Assembly (NCBI GenBank): GCA_028826165.1
Contig: JAPDFW010000011.1
Coordinates: 310,001 to 374,000, forward strand
Direction: 5' to 3'
Length of the DNA: 64,000 bases
From: Anaeramoeba ignava BMAN
Taxonomy: Eukaryota; Protista; Anaeramoebae
Shown here one piece after another: positions 54,625-64,000 of the stretch. The notes under the pieces were generated by a model, which worked only from the letters and a program-made list of their open reading frames with translations, was not told the origin of the DNA and did not search any database. Within the stretch, counting starts at the first letter, position 1, and the number at the start of each line of letters is the position of its first letter. Position numbers and translations under genes: made by a program.

Positions 54625-55350
54625 TGATTTGATTTTAATTTTGATTTTCATTTTCATTTTCATTTTAATTTTGATTTTCAATTTTGATTTTGATTTTAAT
54701 TTTGATTAAAATTTTGATTTTGATATTAATTTTGATTTTGATTTTGATTTTAATTTTGATTTTGATTTTGATTTTGATTTTAATTTTGATTTTGATTTTA
54801 ATTTGATTTTAATTTGATTTTGATTTTGATTTTGATTTTGATTTTAATTTTGATTTTAATTTTAATTTTGATTTTGATTTTGATTTTAATTTTGATTTTG
54901 ATTTTGATTTTAATTTATATTTTAATTTTGATTTTGATTTTGATTTTAATTTCAATTTGATTTTGATTTTAAATTTTAATTTTGATTTTGATTTTGATTT
55001 TAATTTTGATTTTGATTTTGATTTTGATTTTGATTTTGATTTTGATTTTGATTTTGATTTTGATTTTGATTTTGATTTTGATTTTGATTTTGATTTTAAT
55101 TTTAATTTTAATTTATATTTTAATTTTGATTTTGATTTTCATTTTGATTTTGATTTTGATTTTGATTTAAATTTTGATTTTGATTTTGATTTTAATTTTA
55201 AATTTGATTTTGATTTTGATTTTGATTTTGATTTTAATTTTGATTTCAATTTTGATTTTGATTTTGATTTTAATTTTAATTTTGATTTTGATTTTAATTT
55301 AATTTTGATTTTGATTTTGATTTTCATTTTGATTTGAATTTGATTTTGAA
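54625..55350. repeat. (TTTTGA/TTTTAA)n hexamer array directly after the PMM stop
   Basis: Direct inspection. Confidence 0.9.
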
Positions 55351-55351
55351 T

Positions 55352-56870
55352 TTAATTTTTGTTTTCTTCTTCAAAAAAAAGTTTAGTGGCAATTTGTATT
55401 GTTTCTTCAGGATTTTTAACAGCAATACCAATAGTATCAACGGAAGTAAAAATTTCATAATCATTTTCACCAGGATTAGTTTTATCACCAAAAAAGTAAA
55501 TTTTTTTATAACCTTCATTTTTAACAAATCTCAAACAAAATGTCTTATCCCAACCTTCAGGAAAAGCATCAAAACTAATTTGACCACCAATAGAAAATCT
55601 CATGTTCATATCCGAAAAATTTTTATTCATTTCATCAACCATTGTTTGTCTAATTTTATGTTCTTTATCATAATTAAAAAAATCAATTCTTTCTTGTTGA
55701 CTACAATTTCTTCCAATTGGTGAAATATTTAACATTCCATTACGGAACTCTATAAAAGTTCCTCTTTTTATTGGTATTTTCAAATTCGCAATATAATTCA
55801 ATGAAAAATTAATTATTTTTTGAAGTTTTTCTTCTCCTAAATAATCAGTAATACTTTGTTTTCCAATTAATTTTCCGTGTTTATAAGCAACAAGTCCATT
55901 TTCAGCAAAACTATAATCCACAATATCCAAAACTGGTTTGATTTTTGAAATTTAATTTTAATTTTAATTTTGATTTTTATTTTAATTTTGATTTTGATTT
56001 TGATTTTGATTTTGATTTTAATTTTAATTTTGATTTTGATTTTAATTTTGATTTGAATTTTGATTTTAATTTTAATTTTGAATTTAATTTTGAATTTTGA
56101 TTTTAATTTTGATTTTGATTTTGATTTTAATTTTAATTTTAATTTTAAATTTTAATTTTAATTTTGATTTTAATTTTAATTTTAATTTTAATTTTGATTT
56201 TGATTTTAATTTTAATTTTGATTTGAATTTTGATTTTAATTTTGAATTTAATTTTGATTTTGATTTTAATTTTGATTTTGATTTTAATTTTGATTTTAAT
56301 TTTGATTTTAATTTTGATTTTAATTTTAATTTTGATTTTTATTTTAATTTTAATTTTAATTTTAATTTAAATTTTAATTTTAATTTTGAATTTTGATTTT
56401 GATTTTGATTTTGATTTTAATTTTGATTTTAATTTTGATTTTGATTTTAATTTTGATTTTGATTTTGATTTTAATTTTAATTTTGATTTTGATTTTGATT
56501 TTGATTTTAATTTTGATTTTAATTTTAATTTTAATTTTGATTTTGATTTTGATTTTGATTTTAATTTTGATTTTGATTTTGATTTCAATTTTATAAATGA
56601 ATTTTAATTTTTTAAACCATTTTTGCCAAGTTGTTCTTGTTGTTTTACAAAATCAGATCCTCCAACAACTCCTACATCAACTTTAGTACGCAATTTTTGT
56701 AAGAATTCTAACATTTCTTTTGAAGCTGACTGAAAAAAAAAAAGAAATTTTAATTGAAAAATTAATTTGAAAAAAAAATAATATTATTTTTTTACTTGTC
56801 TAGCTGGTGTTAAAGTTCCATCAATATCAAATAAAGCTAATATTTCTTTATTTTTAATTTCAGTTGTCAT
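55352..56870 (-). CDS. PMM: Eukaryotic phosphomannomutase (HAD family)
   Basis: 3 exons: [85 protein letters not shown]. Confidence 0.96.
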
Positions 56871-57692
56871 TATTAAAAGTAAAAAAATGAAATCAAAAAA
56901 ATGGAAAAAAAAATTTTTTTTAACAAAAAAAAAAACTCAAAATTCAAATTTTCTTTTTTAAATTTTCACTTTAATTTTCTACTCAAAATTCAAAAGGAAT
57001 ACAATTAAAATTAATTACAAAACTAATTTAGAATTTACAATAAAAATTAAATTAAGTTAAATCTAAGTTTCAAATTAAGTTTCAAATTAAGTTTCAATTT
57101 AAATTAAGTTTCAAGTTCAAATTAAATCAAGTTTCAATTTAAATTTAAATTTGAAATTAAATTAAGTTTCAAGTTCAAATTAAATTAAGTTATTTTTAAG
57201 TCAAGTTTCAGATCAAGTTATTTTTAAGTCAAATTAATTCAAATTAAATTAAGTTATTTTTAAGTTTCAAATTAAGTTTCAAATTAAGTTCAAATCAAAT
57301 TAAATTAAGTTATTTTTTAAGTTGCTCTAAAAAGAATCAAAAGTATTAGTTTTTTTTTTTGGAGTTTTCCCAAAAAGAATGAGAATCAGAATCAGAAGAA
57401 ATGAAGTTTTTTGCAAAAGTAACAAAAAAAGATTCAAAAAAAAAAGAAGATTTTTTATCAAAATATTAAGAATGTGAAGAGAATCAAATATTTAAATATT
57501 GAAAAATTGACCACCAAAGAAATTGAATCAAATGAAAATCAAAATAAGGAAAAAAAGGAAATGAAGAGCATAAATATAAGCTTTAACCTTCGTTGTTTTT
57601 ATTGTGAGATAACAACAGAAGTATGATAAAATGGATAAAATTTGAAGAAATAAATCTGAGTTGAAAAGAATATTGAATTGTAATTAATTAAA

Positions 57693-61457
<3,765 letters not shown>

Positions 61458-61530
61458 TTAAAAAAAAGAAGAAGAAAAATGAAAAAATGAAAAAAATGAA
61501 AAAAAAAAGTTTTTTATTTTTTTTTTTAAA

Positions 61531-63822
61531 ATGGAAAAACAAAATGATAAAAAAAATAATAAATTGTCCCCGTTTATTAAATCAATTAAAAATTTATCAA
61601 TGGATTCTTTTCTTTCTCAAGTAATTGATTTGTATCCAGAAATAAATTGGTTAATGAATGATTGTGAACATTCTCCTGATTATAATAAAAGCTCAATTTA
61701 TTCAAATAAAAGACCTTCGATTCAAATCAATGGAAAACCTTCAATAGAATTTGACAGAACAGTTATTGGAATATCTTGCATAAAACTTGTTTTGGATCGA
61801 AATTATGAAGCATTTGTTGAAACTCAAAATGAAGAAAAAAAACTAACAAAAGAAAATTTTGAGCAATTATGCAATTATGTTGATTCAATTTTAAATCAAG
61901 ATGAAGACAAAATTGATAGTTTGATTGTTTACATTGCAATAAATGATCTCGGCAAAATCAATTCTTTTGTCGAAAAAGTCAAATCTCATCTTCAAATCAC
62001 AGAAATTGCAAATCACGATGAAATATTATTTTTAGCGTTAGAAAAATGTTCCGAATTTGTTCCCAGTTTTTCTCGACTTTCTGAGAAGTTTCAAAAAATG
62101 ATTCTCAACACATCGATGGTAGAATGTAACATCGGGCAAATTACGCAAGCAGAAGCACCCGAATACCCTTTAACGCAACTTAGTAGTTTAACAGAAGAAG
62201 AATATCATTTTTTCATGATTCATTTTTTATTTGATATTTCTGGTGCAGCTGGTCATATTTTTCCTTTTGGATCTTTTGTTGTTTCAAATTTCTTTTGGAT
62301 CCGTTTTTATACTTTGAATAATTTATTAATAGATTTTTTCAAATCTTCTTTTTCAGATGTTGAGGATATTTATTCGAGATATTTAAGGAAACAAATTGAA
62401 AATTTCAATTTAAATCAAAATGAAAATGAAAATCAAAATCAAAATCAAAATCAAAATCAAAATTTAAATCAAAATCAAAATCAAAATCAAAATCAAAATC
62501 AAAATCAAAATTTGAAAATTCACGCTCTTTCTAGAATTTTTTTATTGGCAAGATTGTCAACTCAACAAGAATTTGATTTTGTCTGCAAAAGTTTTGATCA
62601 ACAACACGATTTAGTCAAAGAAATCCTTATTCAAGAATTGAATATTTCAGGTCTTTCTCAAAAAATGGCAATTATTCCTTATTATGCACCTGCTTTAATC
62701 AACTCAATTTTAGAAAATGAAAAAGCAAATGGAAAAGGAATTCAAGATGGATTAAATATTGTTTTATTAACTCTTGCAAGAATTTTTTTTGAAGTGAGAC
62801 TAGGAATTTTAAATAAGAAAAATAATGGAATTGTAAATGCTAATATAAGAAAACTTGCTTTGAATTCTTCAAAAATTCTCACTTCGGATTTTGGAGTAAA
62901 TTGGATCACAAATCATGATGCAGAAATTTTTTTTGTGGATTTTACAAAAATAGACCATCAAAATTTTCCCATAAAACCAACACTTTCAGAATTTTTCACA
63001 GATGAAAAACTTGCAGTTATTGGGATTGGAGGAGGTTCTGATGGTGTTCAAGCAGGATTATTAGCGCATCTTTTGAAAAAACAAGGAAAACAAATTGAGT
63101 GTTTGATTTCAGTCAGAACAGGGATACAAGGAAATGGGAAAGAAAGAAAGGTTGAGAACCACGGAGGAATGATTTACAAGAATGTGTATAAAATCAATCC
63201 TACGAGCGGAGGTTCTGGAAGATTTCTGGAAAATATTCCTTCAATTGATTTTCCAATGTATCTTGTTTTGGATTTTGAGGATGAACAACTCACAGATCAA
63301 ATACAAGCAGTTTTAAACCAATACAAAGACCTCAAAACATTGATATCAGTCGATACTGGCGGGGATTGTCTGTATCCTTTTGACCAAGATGTTGCTCAAG
63401 TCAAAGCAACTCCTGACCAAGATTTGAGAGTTTTAAATGCTTTATCAAAACTTTCAAATGAAATTAAAGTGATTTCAAGTGTGATCGCAGCAGGAATAGA
63501 TTCACCACCAAATGCAGAAGAAATTTTGCATAAATCAAACGCAGAATATTATCAACTTGATGATAAAGAAGCCAATTTTGTTGTTCAAAAATATATTGAT
63601 TGGGGTTTTGATAGTTCAAATGAGAAAATTTTTGGATTGACTCCTCTTGTTTGGAAAAAATCACTTCAGAATGATTTGGGTTTACAAGTTGTTTCTCTTC
63701 CAAAAAATGTTGTGATTTCGGACTCTCCTTGGAAACCTTTTGTTTTTGTCCGAGAAAGTATGAAAGGGATTTTTTTTATGAAACTTGAAGATCATTTGAA
63801 ACAAATCAAATCAAAAAAATAG
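61531..63822 (+). CDS. Intronless 763-aa two-domain protein: HD-like (DUF6829-like) domain + DUF1152-like domain
   Basis: N-terminal EFDRT, AINDLGK, NHDEIL, NIGQITQAEAP, FDISGAAGH. C-terminal VIGIGGGSD, SGRFLE, VDTGGD, PDQDLRV, AAGIDSP. Family names are from recalled motifs. Confidence 0.75.
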   Translation: MEKQNDKKNNKLSPFIKSIKNLSMDSFLSQVIDLYPEINWLMNDCEHSPDYNKSSIYSNKRPSIQINGKPSIEFDRTVIGISCIKLVLDRNYEAFVETQNEEKKLTKENFEQLCNYVDSILNQDEDKIDSLIVYIAINDLGKINSFVEKVKSHLQITEIANHDEILFLALEKCSEFVPSFSRLSEKFQKMILNTSMVECNIGQITQAEAPEYPLTQLSSLTEEEYHFFMIHFLFDISGAAGHIFPFGSFVVSNFFWIRFYTLNNLLIDFFKSSFSDVEDIYSRYLRKQIENFNLNQNENENQNQNQNQNQNLNQNQNQNQNQNQNQNLKIHALSRIFLLARLSTQQEFDFVCKSFDQQHDLVKEILIQELNISGLSQKMAIIPYYAPALINSILENEKANGKGIQDGLNIVLLTLARIFFEVRLGILNKKNNGIVNANIRKLALNSSKILTSDFGVNWITNHDAEIFFVDFTKIDHQNFPIKPTLSEFFTDEKLAVIGIGGGSDGVQAGLLAHLLKKQGKQIECLISVRTGIQGNGKERKVENHGGMIYKNVYKINPTSGGSGRFLENIPSIDFPMYLVLDFEDEQLTDQIQAVLNQYKDLKTLISVDTGGDCLYPFDQDVAQVKATPDQDLRVLNALSKLSNEIKVISSVIAAGIDSPPNAEEILHKSNAEYYQLDDKEANFVVQKYIDWGFDSSNEKIFGLTPLVWKKSLQNDLGLQVVSLPKNVVISDSPWKPFVFVRESMKGIFFMKLEDHLKQIKSKK

Positions 63823-63880
63823 AAAAGAAATAATTTCTCTTTATTTTTTTTAAAAACAAATCCAAAATTTTTCTCTAAAA

Positions 63881-64000
63881 TTAAATAACCAATTCATCTA
63901 CTTCTTCGAATTGATTTAAAATTTCATCAGCAGTTTTATTTTCTTTTTTTTTATTTTGAGAATCTTGAACTGAATGAATTAAACTTCTTTTTTCTTCTCT
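63881..64000 (-). CDS. 3' end of a gene continuing beyond the window
   Basis: Open frame REEKRSLIHSVQDSQNKKKENKTADEILNQFEEVDELVI* ending at TAA 63881. Confidence 0.5.
   Translation of the reverse strand, partial: REEKRSLIHSVQDSQNKKKENKTADEILNQFEEVDELVI

Noticed and set aside
57000-57690. Possible ncRNA or small gene between PMM and the SR gene
   Set aside because: Only a degenerate AAATTAAGTTTC repeat and UTR-like sequence; no convincing ORF, snoRNA boxes or stable structure.

Overview
Extremely AT-rich, intron-rich eukaryotic (protist) DNA using the standard genetic code. It holds about 19 spliced or intronless protein genes, one tRNA-Leu(CAG), one DNA transposon and many tandem-repeat arrays. 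Genes in order: PTEN-like pseudophosphatase (5' partial), RA-RA-PH adaptor, Sar1/DGAP1-type RasGAP, Rab1-like GTPase, large USP deubiquitinase, tRNA-Leu, CFAP299, SAC9-like phosphoinositide phosphatase, Kelch-BTB (LZTR1-like), RapGAP, VIPAS39/SPE-39-like, two hypothetical proteins, a small 4-TM protein, a cAMP-receptor-like GPCR, a secretory cyclophilin, phosphomannomutase, an SR-type RRM protein, an intronless DUF6829+DUF1152-like fusion and a 3' gene fragment. The overall style (ENQN tracts, repeat-filled introns, Kelch-BTB, TCATTT initiator-like motifs) suggests an Anaeramoeba-like metamonad; this is inference. Most notable: (1) a 1.0 kb TA-flanked IS630/Tc1-type element with long modular TIRs and a dead transposase remnant inside a PTEN intron; (2) that PTEN lacks its catalytic Cys and carries four RVxF motifs; (3) a 132-aa 4-TM protein resembling the algal CO2 channel LCI1; (4) an intronless, possibly laterally acquired two-domain enzyme; (5) a ~145-bp hairpin-forming satellite beside the tRNA; (6) non-standard gene-expression signals (A-rich AAG acceptors, G-poor repeat introns, tandem TCATTTT motifs). 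Several frameshifts in homopolymers are probably assembly errors. Gene models were spliced by hand and family calls come from remembered motifs, not database searches.
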